Positions 24,101 through 37,623 of a stretch of DNA of 64,000 bases are shown piece after piece; position 1 is the first letter of the stretch; every line of letters starts with the position of its first letter. The notes under the pieces are model-generated. The model was given only the letters and a program-made list of their open reading frames with translations, was not told the origin of the DNA and ran no database searches. Source of the DNA: Balanoglossus misakiensis (taxonomy: Eukaryota; Animalia; Hemichordata); NCBI GenBank assembly GCA_040954595.2, contig CM082593.2, positions 11,896,653-11,960,652 on the forward strand, in the 5' to 3' direction. Made by a program: the position numbers and the translations under genes.

Positions 24101-27100
24101 AAATTTATCAGACGAGGATCTGTTTATCCCCCATCATACCGGTATATTTGTCATAGCTGGCAGCTATGAAATTACCTGTATATTTAGGATGTGACAAACC
24201 AAATAGGCACTTTCAGGAATTGAGTCTTTTTTCAATTACCAAAGTCCTAAACTCCCAAAAGTATAATAAGTAATTCTTATTGTTCAGTTATACATTTAGG
24301 AGGCTCAGTTATAGGAGAACCCGATAGAACCACAGCTGTAGGAATTAGGGAAATGGTCATACCCTAAAAACTTATGTCACTACTATTTTTTTTTAATGCC
24401 ATTGAAACAGAACAAACTCCATGTAGGCCAAGTCCATGCCTGAACAATGGGCGGTGTACTCAGCTGTTGTGTACAACTTATGAGTGTACTTGTCCAGGAT
24501 GTTTCATCGGCACACACTGCAGCCAGTGTAAAACTCATTAAAACAAACATTTGTCATGCAGGAACTAACATTTACAATCATGTCTCAATACATTGTCTGT
24601 TGGTCATACTTTATATTTTCATCTTCAGCATCACACCTTGGGCCTTGGGAATCGGTCACCTCAAAAATGATGTACAGCTGAAAGAAAACATGTTTATTTG
24701 AAGAAAAAAATGTTGATCGTTAATGAAAATTTTCCCTACACAAGATACATATACAGAGATTTTCATAGCCCCACAAGTGCGTCCCAGAATGCGCAAGTTG
24801 TTTTTGGAAGTGAAGTTCCGTTCAGTATTTACAGTAATGGTAAAGATGATGTTTTTATCAAACAGATTTTGAAAGTAAATATTGCTGAGATAACATTAGG
24901 TTGCACTTTTTATTGCAGTCCAAGATCCATGCCAGCGAAACAGCTGTCTCAACGGGGCTGTATGTAATGCAGTGGCCAACTCCTGCACGGCATATACCTG
25001 TGCCTGTACTGGTTGCTATGAGGGTAACCGTTGTGAAATATGTAAGTTTCTGACGTACCGTAAATGACAATCTTTTGGGCACTTTCTCTTCATGGCAATT
25101 GAATTGTGTGGTAACTTCTCATTTCTAAAATTTCCCCAAGAGAAAAGAAAGGAAAAGGAAACAGAAATTTCATTTGTATGTCCGTGCAATTTAGGATAGG
25201 CACGAACTTGTGAGGAAGTGTACGAAGCTGGATGTTTTCATCACTCAAATATACAAGAGTTGCCTCTTAAAGACTAGTGTCTGTAGAGATAATTGTGCAT
25301 GTGAGGTAATCTCTCCTAAGGTGGTGCACACCTCTGAGTATTAAGTAAAAGAGACGTCCTTAATTATCCTTACTATTTGGCTTGAAAAATCAATCTTACT
25401 AGGTGTTCTGATTAGAGAGGTGTCCATAAAGACAGGTTTTACTGTATTACCCAAAATAGAGACATTGTCCCTTCATCATATACTTAATGCGTGTTCTGGG
25501 TATGGTTCCAGTATAATGCTTGTGTCAAAGGATTTTGTTGTGGTGCAGGAATCATCTTTGGTTGAGGTGTAGCCATCTGCATTTCATGTGTTTTAAACTA
25601 TTTTTTTTCTGATTGTCATTAACCCATGTGATCAGAATCCGTGTCAAAATGGAGGCTATTGTTCCAAAACACCAAATTCTTATACTGACTACACCTGTTA
25701 CTGCCAGTAGTGTTGGACTGGGGCCATCTGTGCCGTAGGTGTGTCGAATTACTGTTTTATGACACAGCGTGGTATATAAACCCTCATTTTTGGTATTCTC
25801 AATGTGATAGATGGACCCATACACCAATAAATGGGGTGGAAGCATTACTAAGTTTCATCCTTTCAAAATTTGCTGATGTAGGGTCAAAATTGAGTGTGAG
25901 GTGCATGTTAAAAAGGAAAGCCTTCTGTATCATGTTGATGGCACATTTTTTTAATTTTTCAAGATTCTTACAGAAAAATCCTAGCAATAGCATCATTATG
26001 TTAATATTTTAAATGTAAAGGTTTGAAACAAGGAATGAAGACATTGCTCACATATTTAAACGAAATGAACATCACAAGTACATGTACAAGTTTTTGACAA
26101 GCAGGTAATTGATACTTTCATTTTTGTTTTGGCAGCCATTGATCAGTTATACCCTATGCCTTGTCAAAATGGTGGCACATGCGTTGCGTGAGACGGCTGT
26201 TTCCTGTTTGACTGTATGTGTACCGAATGCTTCACTGGTGCCACATGTACAATGCGTAAGTACTAACCAATATTATTTTATTCAATGCAAAACACTTGTT
26301 ATGTATTATATAATATAAGTACGGTACACATATTAAAGCCCTGGTAACTCAAACTTTGGGCTAGCTTAATGTTATCACTATTTTTGTTTTCGGTTGCAAC
26401 TGTGGTTTCTTGTCACACTCTAAAGGATTTCACAGCATTTGGTTTTTCAAAACAGCCCTTTGGTTGTTGTCATGTATACATGTACATGACTGTGGAGTGT
26501 AGTTTGTAGATTCTGTAATTTTGACAATATCTTGACTGCACATCCCACAGCTGTCAACCAGTGTCAACCCATCCAGTGTCAGAATGGTGGAAACGGTGTG
26601 CTGACGCCCAATTGGTGTACTGAATTCACATGCTCCTGTACAAGCTGTTACTCCGGCGATTTATGTCAGACATGTGAGTGATTTTAAATTTCAGATGAAG
26701 AGGAACATAATAATATAACACATAATCGGCTTGCAGTTGGTTTCTTCCAACCTGTATCAAACAGTGAATAACGACACAATTTTGGGGAAATTTATTAAGA
26801 ATGTGTGTGCCATAAAAGGGGATTGTGTATTTGACCAAACAACAACCTGCACCGTATGGTACACTAAGACACTATTACACCTGTGTCAAAATTTCATTAC
26901 GTTTCTTTTGTTGAACATGGAAGAAATTTGTCACAGTGATGTTCTGTTGACCAACTGAGATTTTTACCACTCAACCCTGACTGCACAAATCTGTTTAAAG
27001 TATATGTAGTAAATATTAACTGTACACAATTTATATCACTTTCTCTTCTGTGCACAGATTTGAATCCGTGTCAGCCCAACCCTTGTCTAAACAGTGGATT

Positions 27101-29801
27101 CTGCCAGCAAGTGTCCTGCACCGAGTTCAGATGCCAGAGTTCGCGCTGTTTCATCGGAACCACGTGCGCTGAACGTAAGCAAACCAGTGTCAGATTTGCC
27201 GCACAAAGTAGAAATCGCTGGGCTTTGTCATTGATATTGTCTCAATAAAGTTGCCTGTGATTGTGCAGCTAACCAAGAGACTTATATGCACTACCGTAGC
27301 CATGATGTATACTTTCATTGACTCAAATGCTCATCAGAGTAGATGTTGCTATTTTTCCAACCGTAAATTGAAACATCAGAAAGTTATGACATCAACTACC
27401 CCCACCCCCACCCCACCCCACCCCCAACTAGTAAATATTATAAGATGCTGTAATTATGATAAAGATAGTAGCACCAAGCTTGGATCAAGTGGTCTTCATT
27501 ATCCTTCACACATGAACATGATCACACGGATGTGCAATCTTCTGACAGTCTGCTACAGATTTCACTTCCCACTCAAGTGTGTAAGACCCTAATGTGATAC
27601 TTTTCATTTCTCTCACCCTTAGCGATCAACCAGTGTCTTCTAAACCCATGTCTGAATAACGGAGTGTATCAGCCACTTCAAGGCTCCTGCTCAATCTACA
27701 CCTGCAACTGTCCAACCTGCTACACTGGGCAAACATGTGTTACATGTAAGTCACAAGTTTTTAGGTCCCATTCGTATGTACCATGGGACCTTATGGGATT
27801 GGTTACGTCTGTATGTATGGATGGATGGATGGATGGATGTATGTCTGTATGTCCGTCCACATCGAAAACTTGAAAACCGCAGCGCGTATGACCTCGATAT
27901 TTGGCGTGTAGATGCAGGCAGGGCTGTAGATGGGAGTTTGTTCAAATGAAGATGTCATTGCCAAAAATATGCAAATTAGCTGGGAAAATGTGAAATTGGT
28001 CAAAACTCAAAAACTGGACAACCACTGGTCATATTGATTTGAAAATTGGTATGCATGTACTTTATATCAACCTCATACAATCCTGTATGTTTTGAGCTAA
28101 TATTATCGATTTCCTATTTTTTTGCATTTTTTTGTATTTTTCCATGTTATTGGTAAAAAGTCTTTGAAATTTAGTATGAAGCCTCCTAATGTTGTCTAAG
28201 TAACCATAGTTTTGTTCAAATTGTTGCAAAATTTGCATATCTATAATTTTGAGCAATATTTGCCATTTTTGGTCAAAAAATGTTTTTCTTTAAAACCTCA
28301 TGCCAGATTGCTTTCCAATTTGGTAGGCATGTTGGTAGGGGTAACCTAAATAATATGTTGTAAAAAAAAAAGATATTTGCATAAGTGTGTTATCGGGGAA
28401 ACTTTTGCAATTTTTGTCAAAAATTGTTTTCTCTGAAACCGCTTGTCCTATTGCATTGAACTTAGGCAGCATGTTCCTTGTAGTGATTGAAGTAAGATAT
28501 TGTACAATTTTGGTGATATTTGCATATTTGTGTTTTTGCCACTTTTGAACAAATATTTTCTGTGAAACTGCTTGTTGGATTGCTTTGAAATTAGTTTTTT
28601 CTCTGATTGCTTTGAAATTTAGGATATAATTTCATAACACATACCTGTATATGTGCAACTTTTATTCAATTCTGAGATCAGAAAGATTAAATATTTAGCG
28701 AGTTTTTTTGGTAAGTTTCTTAGTTTTTGGTTAGCAAATCTTCTCCTAAACAAATTGTCCAGTTGTTTTTAAAGTTACTATTTACAAGGAGTTGTTACCT
28801 CGAACAAAGACATGTTTACATAACTTAAATAGGCCAGCTGTTACAGAGACCACCAGCTATCAAATTTTAATTACCAGTGGCAGGTCAGTGTGTGTCTGTT
28901 CCAGGGCTGACTGAAAGAAGTTGCTTCGCATATGTGTTTGTACAGACAATTTTTGGTCATTTTTTTTTCTAGCACCACTTGTAAGATTGCCATGACACAT
29001 GACAGTTTATTGGGCATGTTCCTTGTTAATGTTTTTACATTCCATATTTCTATATGGTCAGATCATATCTGCTTGCAAATGTCACCTGTAATTTTTATTC
29101 TGGTGTGTCACTGTTTCCGCATAATCCTCAAATGTCATCAGATCTCCGAATGTGATGAAAACATTGTGTTTTGAGTGTTTTTTAAATGACCTTTTGGGTT
29201 AAAAGTGGCAAAAATGGCAATTTTGTCTTGAAAGGGTTCAATAAGACTGACTTTTTTGGAATCAGCACCATTTTTTACATTGAATGGACTAGTCTGCTCA
29301 AACTTTCCTTACCAACAATTCTGTTTAATCTTCTGTAACATGTATACTAGTATACATGTAGCTGCCTGATAGTTTGCCCTGCGTGTGTAATTGCTGAGTG
29401 ACATAACGCATTCTGTGATTGGTGCAGTCACGTAACCACCAATAAGATCGCTTGTTATAAGGTGAACTGCACGACCTTTAACCGCATTAGCATACCTGAT
29501 TTTTAGGGCTCGATATTACCTCTGAGGACGCAATATTTAAGTTGAAGTTTTTTTTCTTTTATCATATTAGAGCAAGAAGACTTGTTTTTATATAAAAGAA
29601 ATAAACCTTAATATACAGAGTGCATTTTGAAACGATAGGCAGGTCCGGCCCATAGCCTAATTCTTCATTTTTCTGTCATGCGTAGGAATTGATCAGTGCT
29701 AACAACCCGTGTCAAAATGGCAGCACTTGCCAACCCTAACCTCGTGTGGGGCATTGACGTGCACCTGCCAAGGATGCTATACTGGGAGCGCTGTGAAAAT
29801 T
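21102..29801 (+). pseudogene. Tandem EGF-like exon array, copy 2 (13 exons, disabled)
   Basis: Same exons as copy 1 at an offset of about 19,714-19,719, with the same frameshift and TAG/TGA lesions. The 14th exon was removed by the deletion at about 31673. Confidence 0.9.
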
Positions 29802-30299
29802 GTCAGTCAGTTTCCTTTGTCAAATTAATCAATATGTGTGGGACTGCTATACATGTATATAAAACAGAATACTGCGATGGAAAATTCTATAACTTAATGT
29901 TTCACTGGATATATGACTTAAAGTTAGCAGGATGCAGTGAATTCAACAGAAAGTGTAATTTCCTCTTGTGTGAGCTCTGTGCGACTGTGCCAATGAAAAT
30001 CTCACCACAAACAAAAATGACAGGTATACACTGTATATTAGCAGCTTTGTCTCTGTAATAGCCATAGTGTTTTGAAGTTGAAAACTTGCAAAGTGTGCAG
30101 TTTTATTCACACTACAAAGGAAACATTGTTGAAACGGATTATCTGTGTACATTGTCAAACTGTACACTTGTCGCGAGATTTATTCTCAATTATATTATAT
30201 CATGCTACCGTCCGCTATTCTGATTGGACGAGAGCTAAATCCAGCGATGCTAAAATACTCAATAATGCACTGCTGGCAGTGGTAAAACGGGCTTTCTGT

Positions 30300-31488
30300 T
30301 TGCCACATGGGTTTGTTCTTTAGGTTGTTGTATGTGTTTACACTCATCATGTTTATTGTAGAACCAGGGTCGATCAGTGAGGCAACTGCTGTTTGTTCTA
30401 TCTTCACTGTTACTTGAGGCCTCCTGCCATTTGATTGTTGTACAGTGAAGCAGTATTCATCTCCCGAGCTGTCTTCCACTTTATGCACAGCTTTGACAGT
30501 TTCATCCTTGTCTACCCTATTTGCCTTGCCTTTTGATCGGTAGCATTTGGCAAAATAGTTAGGTTTGCCACACTTCCTGCATGACTTGCCTTTAGCTGGA
30601 CATACTGAGTCATGTGGATAGGTGCCACCACAATAATAACAAGTGGACGGTCCTTTCGCTGGCTGCTGATGAGCTCTCTTTTGTTTATTTGGTTTCGGGC
30701 GTTGGTGGCGCTGTTTTCTGACCGCATTCACAGATGCCGTATCTGCACCATAATTTTGGGTTTTCTCCTCAATCCCACTAGCCTGAACCTCTGATACCTC
30801 AAATGAACAGGCTGTACTCAGTAGATTATCTAGTGTCGTCTCCTCCCGAGGAGCACGACGTCTGAGACGGGCTGATGTGAATCCTCGTATTATTTGTGAT
30901 TTGACCTCTTGATCCCTATTGGTGAAGTCACATATGTTTCTGCTAGGCGTTGCAAACAACTGTGATAGGCATCAATCGATTCGCCGTTGTTTTGTATGGT
31001 GTCTCTGAAGATAAATCGTTCGTATTCAATGTTCCGTTTGGGTGAGAAGTATGACCAAAGCTTTAATTTGGCTGTTTCACAGCTAGTTCCTGTATCTGGT
31101 AGAGTATCAAAGAAGTCGGAAACTTCCTCACCTGCCCAGTGCAATAGCAGTGCACGTTGTCGCTTGTCATCTGTAATGTTGAATGCGACAAATGCGTTTT
31201 CTACTCTAGCCATGTACTTTTTCCATCTCGTACTGGTGGTTGTCGGGTCTGAATGAACAGGAAAACTCGGCATTGACGGCTAGCTGATTCTCCATGTTCT
31301 CCGTCCTCGTCGCCAAATATAGAATCGTGGGTGGGCAATAATGACAACACGAGACACCAAGTCCGGCATGTAAGAGTGAGAGTGCCTAGCCTCGTTCACG
31401 CACTTTATTCATAATGACCCGAATGTTGCATTACGTCATTTTACAGAATGTATAAAGTATAGATGCTCACTAGTGTTTGGACACTACA
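30300..31488 (-). mobile_element. Gypsy (Mag-like) LTR retrotransposon remnant, copy 2: 5' LTR, PBS, gag, start of protease
   Basis: ORFs 30890-31273 and 30195-30959 (frameshifted gag, two zinc knuckles, DPG). PBS TGGCGACGAGGA at 31304-31315 (-). LTR at about 31318-31488 begins TGTAG and contains AATAAA on the - strand. Confidence 0.9.
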
Positions 31489-31673
31489 ATATACATGTGA
31501 CTGCAGTGTCTTTCCAATCATGAATTTGCAAGGTGTCCTTCGGAGAAAATCTTCTGATTTTTTTTTTCTGATTTGCTTTGCATATTTAACTTAATGATCT
31601 CATTTGTTGGAATTCCCTGTCTCAAATTTTTGATGATCAGTCTCTGCCCCATTGCTCATCGTCCCAACTTTCT

Positions 31674-32009
31674 GATGATATATGGATGATAGATGGGATC
31701 AAATCTTTGGTCGTGTATTTGCTACAAATGGTAGGTATTGGTTCGTGATTGAGTCTTTGTGTTGTATATTTGGGGTGGCAGTGGTATGAGTTTGGATTTA
31801 TGCCAATCTTTAAGTTAAGTGTTACTTGGGTTGCCGTTGAGCATTGATGGCTTGATAAGTGGGGCTAGGGTCAATTTTGATTGGGTTTGGATTGTTTGGG
31901 CTATGATAGGTTGGGTTATGGCTAGGATTTGTGGTGGTTATAAGGTGTGGTGTAAGAGATGGAGGCATTATGGGGTCTGGTGAGGTTTTTGTGAAGGAGG
32001 CCATGGTGG
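31674..32009 (-). repeat. Isolated inverted fragment of the C/A-rich satellite
   Basis: Reverse complement matches about 55510-55855 (acgaaccaatacctaccatttgtagcaaatacacgaccaaagatttgatcccatctatcatccatatatcatca). Confidence 0.9.
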
Positions 32010-34025
32010 CTGCAGAATTCAGGGCATGCTGTAGCGGTTGAATGCATGATGATGGTAAACCACAGAGTATTGCATTGCAGTAGTCCAGTTTTGATGTGAT
32101 TAGAGCATGAACCAGCATCTGGCAAACTTCCTTAGTGAGGTAACGGCGAATGTGGCTGATTTGACGCAGATGGAAGAAAATTGACTTGCAAATTGCATTA
32201 ATGTGCTTATTGAAAGTGTAATTGTCGTCGAATGTCACACCTATATTCCGTGCAGAATTCACAATTTGAACACAACATGATCCAATGCTCATGTGGTTTA
32301 TGGGACGAGGCGAGCGGTTGAACTGAGACCTTATCAGGAGTACCTCGGGTTTGCCACCATTTAGTTGAAGTTTATTATGTGTCATCCAGGTTTTTATTTC
32401 GTGAACTGCCCTTTCCATCTTGTCTAATGTACTTATGGTGTCTAACTGGAAGAAATATTGGTATAGTTGGTTGTCATCGGCATATTGGTGAAAATTGATG
32501 TTGTGGTGACAAATAAGTTGAGCAAGTGGTTGGATGTAGCTGCAGAACAAAAGTGGGCCAAGCACTGAACCGTGTGGTACTCCATATTGTAGATATTGAG
32601 GTTCTGACATTGTGCCATACAAACTGCTGTCTGTTCTTAAGATATGATGAGAACCATTGTAGTGGGATGTTGGTGATGCCCAGTTTTGATAATCTTGAGA
32701 TGATTGTGTCGTGATCTATGGTATCAAACACAGAGGAGAGATCGAGGAGAACCATGAGTACACATTTACCGGCATCCAGTGCCATACAAATATCGTTGTT
32801 GACTTTAGTAAGTGCTGTTTCGGTACTGTGATCCTTTCGGTACGCTGACTGCAGTGGTTCTTGTAGTGAGTTGGTAGTCAAATATGATGTCAGTTGTTGT
32901 GCTACAATCTTCCCGATTACTTTTGACAGGAAGGTTAGGTTTGAAACTGGTCTATAGTTCTTGAAAATGTTTTTGTCGAGCGAAGGTTTCTTGAGTATAT
33001 TGGTGTGATGACTGCTATTTTAAGTTATTCAGGAACAGTTCCAGTTTTGAGTGACAAATTGATAATTGTGGCTATGACAGTGAGCAGATTACCAAGACAT
33101 TGCTTATCAAGTGCTGTAGGGATGAGATCAAGTATACGTGTTTTAGATGGAGACTGACGTGTTGGTTATAAGCTGATATGGCTGAGGAGAGGTCATTTGG
33201 AGGCTAGGACATTTGATGTATTTTGTCGAGATCATGGCTGAAACTATCAATTGAAATGGCAGGTACGACGATAAGATATTTGACGTCTACTGTGTGTTGG
33301 TTTCGGAAGAGCAAGTTTTGCATTGACAGGATTGTGATCAGAGAGTTCCAAGCAGTCTACAGAGACACTCTTGATGTTAGACGCAGAGTTAGATAAGATG
33401 AGATCAAGAGTATGACCCTTTCTGTGTGTTGGTTGTTGGACCCATTGTTTCAGATTACAGGCGCTGATGATTCCATTGAATTTCTGTGTTACTGGATTCT
33501 TATCATCTTCTAGGTGAATATTGAAATCTCCTACGATGAAGAGATTACTTGAGCAGGTGACATACTTCTCAAGTGTTGTACTGAACTCTTCCATGAACTG
33601 TGGTGCGGTGAATTTATTATTAACTGATGGTGGTGGACGGTAGACAAGAATTATTTTCATGGAAAGTTTCTGGTGAAGAATAGTTGCTTCCGCTGCCTCA
33701 AAAGATTTAACAGAGAGAATAGGCTTCCAAGCTGTTTATTTTAGTGCTAGCTTATGAATTTAAGCTAAGCCTCCACCGATCTTGCAAACCCCAGGTAGAT
33801 GTTTGACAGCATAGCCTGGTGGTGTACATTCAGCCATTACGTGTTCGTCACCAGATTCCTTCAACCATGTTTCAGTGAGTACAAGAATATCAATTTCTTT
33901 ATCTGTGATGTAGTCTGCAATGTCTAATGATTTGCATCTAGCTGAGCGGACATTCCATGTAGAGAGTAGAAGTTCACACGTATTGTGGAAAGGGTGGATC
34001 TTGAATACTGCATAGTCACTCTTCA
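32010..34025 (-). mobile_element. Same L2/CR1-group LINE, endonuclease and RT part (frameshifted)
   Basis: APE motifs WNVRS, LTETWL, VYRPP, VGDFNIH, HTLDLIL, SDH. RT motifs [44 protein letters not shown]. Confidence 0.95.
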
Positions 34026-34984
34026 ATAGATATTTAGTGACTCGCTAACTGTTGCGATTCGTGTGTGTGTAATTTACGTACTTCAAGTTAAATATCGCAA
34101 CTAGCCGTAATGTTTGACTAGGGGGAGCACCTATACTAATGCGAGTACCAGGGATTGAAAGTTGCACCTGTATTTTGATCCCTTAGTTACCCTTATAAGT
34201 ACATTTGTAGTTTAATAACCATAGTTCTATTGCAAACCATTCTTTCCGTAGTTTCTTGTTTCAAATATTGTAATCTGAATTTATTTTGATGTTTAACAGG
34301 TGTGATTATCTGTATTTGCGGCCATTTTGAAAAACAATTGGTTGCCATGGAAACTCTTCAACAGATATTTAGTGACTCGCTATCTGAATTTGTTCAGTAC
34401 ACATTAACACACATCTGAGCCAAGTTTGGTGCTTTTATCACAAAATACACAATCGATATGAAAATTTGGGTTTTGGTGCTCCACTACCTAAGTAACATTA
34501 AGGATGTACGTTCAATAAAATGGAAAGTATTGTCATTTTTTTTAATTGTGGATTTTTTTATTCTCTTTTGTATGTATAATGAAAATCCGTAATAAAATAT
34601 AGGGGTCACCGCGCCTGTTTTTGAAATACAGAACCATGAAATTGGTCGATAATAGAAGAAATCTGCTGACTCAGCATTTTTCACCAATGGTTTGTTTGTC
34701 TATGGCCAAAATTCTTAATGCAGTTTATCTCAAAAAAGAGCGCGGTGACCCCTATATTTTATTTGACCAATGAATTTATATTTGCTGGACTGAGCTATGT
34801 GTAAAATTTCGAGAAAATGACAATAGTAGAAGTTTGTTTTCTGGCGATTATCAATGTAATCCTATGGGAAAAAGACCGGACACGCAGTGTTTCCGGTTTA
34901 TGTTCTGCACGTACATCCTTGATGAAGTTTGCTGGCTAGAGGGCTCCTAAACCTCCTTAATATTTGACGTCTTCACTCCTACAG

Positions 34985-37623
34985 GACTGCGCAGCTGGAA
35001 GTTAAAGTTCAGCATGTTCTGAAGCATGCACGCTGTGTCCAGGGGTTTCATGTGTGGAACAGCCAGCCTCTCATCACCAACACAATGCGGACTGGGATAT
35101 TTTGCCAACAATGGAAGTATAGACTGTACGCCTTGTCCTGCCCCGGGTATAAGTGCCAATATGATGGTATGTCAGAGCCAGAGGTGTGTGAAGATGGATA
35201 CTACACTAATATAGATGGTGAGTCAGCACTTAAAGTTTGGGCATTACTGTGTAATCTTTCACTTAAAGGCACGTAAGCTGTAACTTTTGGGATAATTTTC
35301 ATAATTTTTGTTTAAAACTGCACTACCATTAGTCCATGCAGATGAAGGCAGTGAACTATACACAAGCATTATAAACCCTAAATATGAGTGCATATGCAAG
35401 TTTTAACCAGATAAATAATAAAGCTTTGCCGCAAGCGATTATGGCCGCCACCGTGGGAAAATGCAAGAAACAATGAAAATGTTGCATTTCCGGTTGTGAA
35501 ACATCATAAACAAAACATGATCTCATCCACTTGAGCTCATGGAAGTAAATGTACACCACTGAGACATCAGATTTCCATTTTTCATTGCAATATTCCACTT
35601 TTTTAAAAATTGCAGGAATTTTCGTTTTTTCTTTAATTTTTGGCCATTGTGTCATAAATAAGTGTTGAGCTTGATATATTGTCATGAAATATCATTTAAT
35701 AGACATAATTAAAAGCATATATGAGATTATTTAAAACTTTATTTTTTTTATCCAGTTGCAGCTTACGTGCCTTTAAGGCGGACGATCATCTTATGTGCAT
35801 GTACGTAATTCTGTGCGTACAAACATTACGTCCAGTCCAAATATTCTGCCAATTTTACATCCAATGCATTCAAATAGTGGACTGCTTCGCATTCTTCCAG
35901 TTTTCATGTGCATCGTATAAGTAGACTTTTGTTTTGTCCCGTCTTTTCACCAAATTTGCTCTTTTCCAAATCTCCGACACAGACTATGATCGTCACGATC
36001 TTGTCTGTTGTTAGAACAGCACACTGCCGTATGGCATTGACTGTACACAGTTTCTGTTACCAATATCTCTGGATTGGCATTTTCCTGTCCTCAATCTTTT
36101 GCCAGGGATTTTTGTCTCCCCAACCCGCGTGAGAATCCCACGTCTTTGAAGGTATGACTGTGACTATAAGATTCTATAAATCTCTGTTTATTTTCAGCAC
36201 AAACATCATGTGCTGATTGCCCAGCTGGTAACCAATGTCCAAATGGTAACACTGTGATTTTATGCTCGGCTGGTTATTACAGTTTGGCCTTGGACAAAGG
36301 ATGTCTCGCTGTACCTCTTGCATAACAGGTAAACTTCTACCCACCCACCTTTATTTCCAACATCAAACATTAGGTCAGGTAATTTACTAACTGAAAAATA
36401 GGATGGGATCATTTTCTATTTCTGTATTTAAAATTTACTGATATAATATATGAATGAAAAAATGACAATTTTTCCAAATTTGAATAGACCTCTATTTATG
36501 AAAATAATTAAAATTTGCACCAAATTTTTACAGTGGTATTAAAAGGTTAACTCGGTGAGTAAATTCTCTGTTTGATTTACAGATCAGCTGGTGCTGAACA
36601 TTGTACTATTTGTGAGCAAGGCCTGCATAGATCCCAGTGCATCGCAATTCAAGTGTACCAAGGGTTACGTGTCATTGGCTGGTGCAACAAACTGTACCAG
36701 ATGTACAAATGGTAAGATTGTGGTACTTGTTCAGTTTGCTGTGTGATGAAACTGAGGGGTATGTGTGTATGCATGTATGTGTTTACAACAGATTTTCAAG
36801 TCAGTGCGACTGGGGGTATGTGTGTGTGTGTGTATGTATGTATGTGTTTACAACAGATTATCAACTCAGTGCGAGATCTTGCGAGACCCGGTTAGCCATG
36901 TGAGATCTCGCAGAGTCTTATGATATTCAGAAAATGGTTGATTAGAAATGACGTTTAATGTCCTCCAAAGAATTTTCTACATGCCTGTATACTTGTCTCA
37001 GAATTATGAAGTGAATCATCTCAAGTAATTTGTTATTTTAAATGACACTGTATCACAAATACATCACTAAAAACCTCACTTTCTTCAATCAGATGAAATA
37101 AGTGAGGAGCCTGCACGCACATCCCGTCTTCTGTGCCCTGCTGGACAATCGTGTTCAGATCCAATGTAAGATCCGCTCGACTGTGGCAATGGTGAATATG
37201 CTATGGAAGGCGACGGCACATGCACGCCTTGTCCTGCGGGATCCAAGTGTCCAACCATGTCACCCGTAGTGGATTGTTCAACAGTTACTGGTAAGTTGGG
37301 CTGCAAATCACTCTTGTGACTTCCCTGTGTTATAGCATGGCATACATAGAAAATTAAACTGTTATGCTTATTGGAGATGATATTGTGATGCACTTTGAAA
37401 AACACAATGATTCCACTGAAGAGGTATTGTACAGTTAAACCTGTGATTACGGACATCTCTCTAATAAGGGATCGTTGGACCAAACCATGGTGGTAAAAAT
37501 CGTTCTTTGAATTTTTTCTGTGATAGGTTCATACTCGCTAGGTTCGGCCACGTCCTTCTGGTTATGAATGCACAACTACAAGTGTCACACAGTGCGCTAC
37601 AGGGCAGTAAAGTGCTGAAGGAG
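34985..37623 (+). pseudogene. Cys-rich GCC2/GCC3-type repeat exons, disabled, copy 2
   Basis: Paralog of 17513-19525 with the same TAA stops, plus its own small deletion in the third exon and a MITE in the first intron. Confidence 0.8.
35267..35772. mobile_element. TTAA-targeting MITE (Kolobok-like)
   Basis: TTAA|aggcacgtaagctgtaact ... agttgcagcttacgtgcct|TTAA. 19 bp TIR with 1 mismatch. Absent from copy 1 (about 17791). Confidence 0.88.

Noticed and set aside
31822-32622. RT ORF with a novel Pro/Thr/Asn-rich C-terminal extension
   Set aside because: The tail is read-through into the inserted satellite fragment, and the RT itself is frameshifted upstream.
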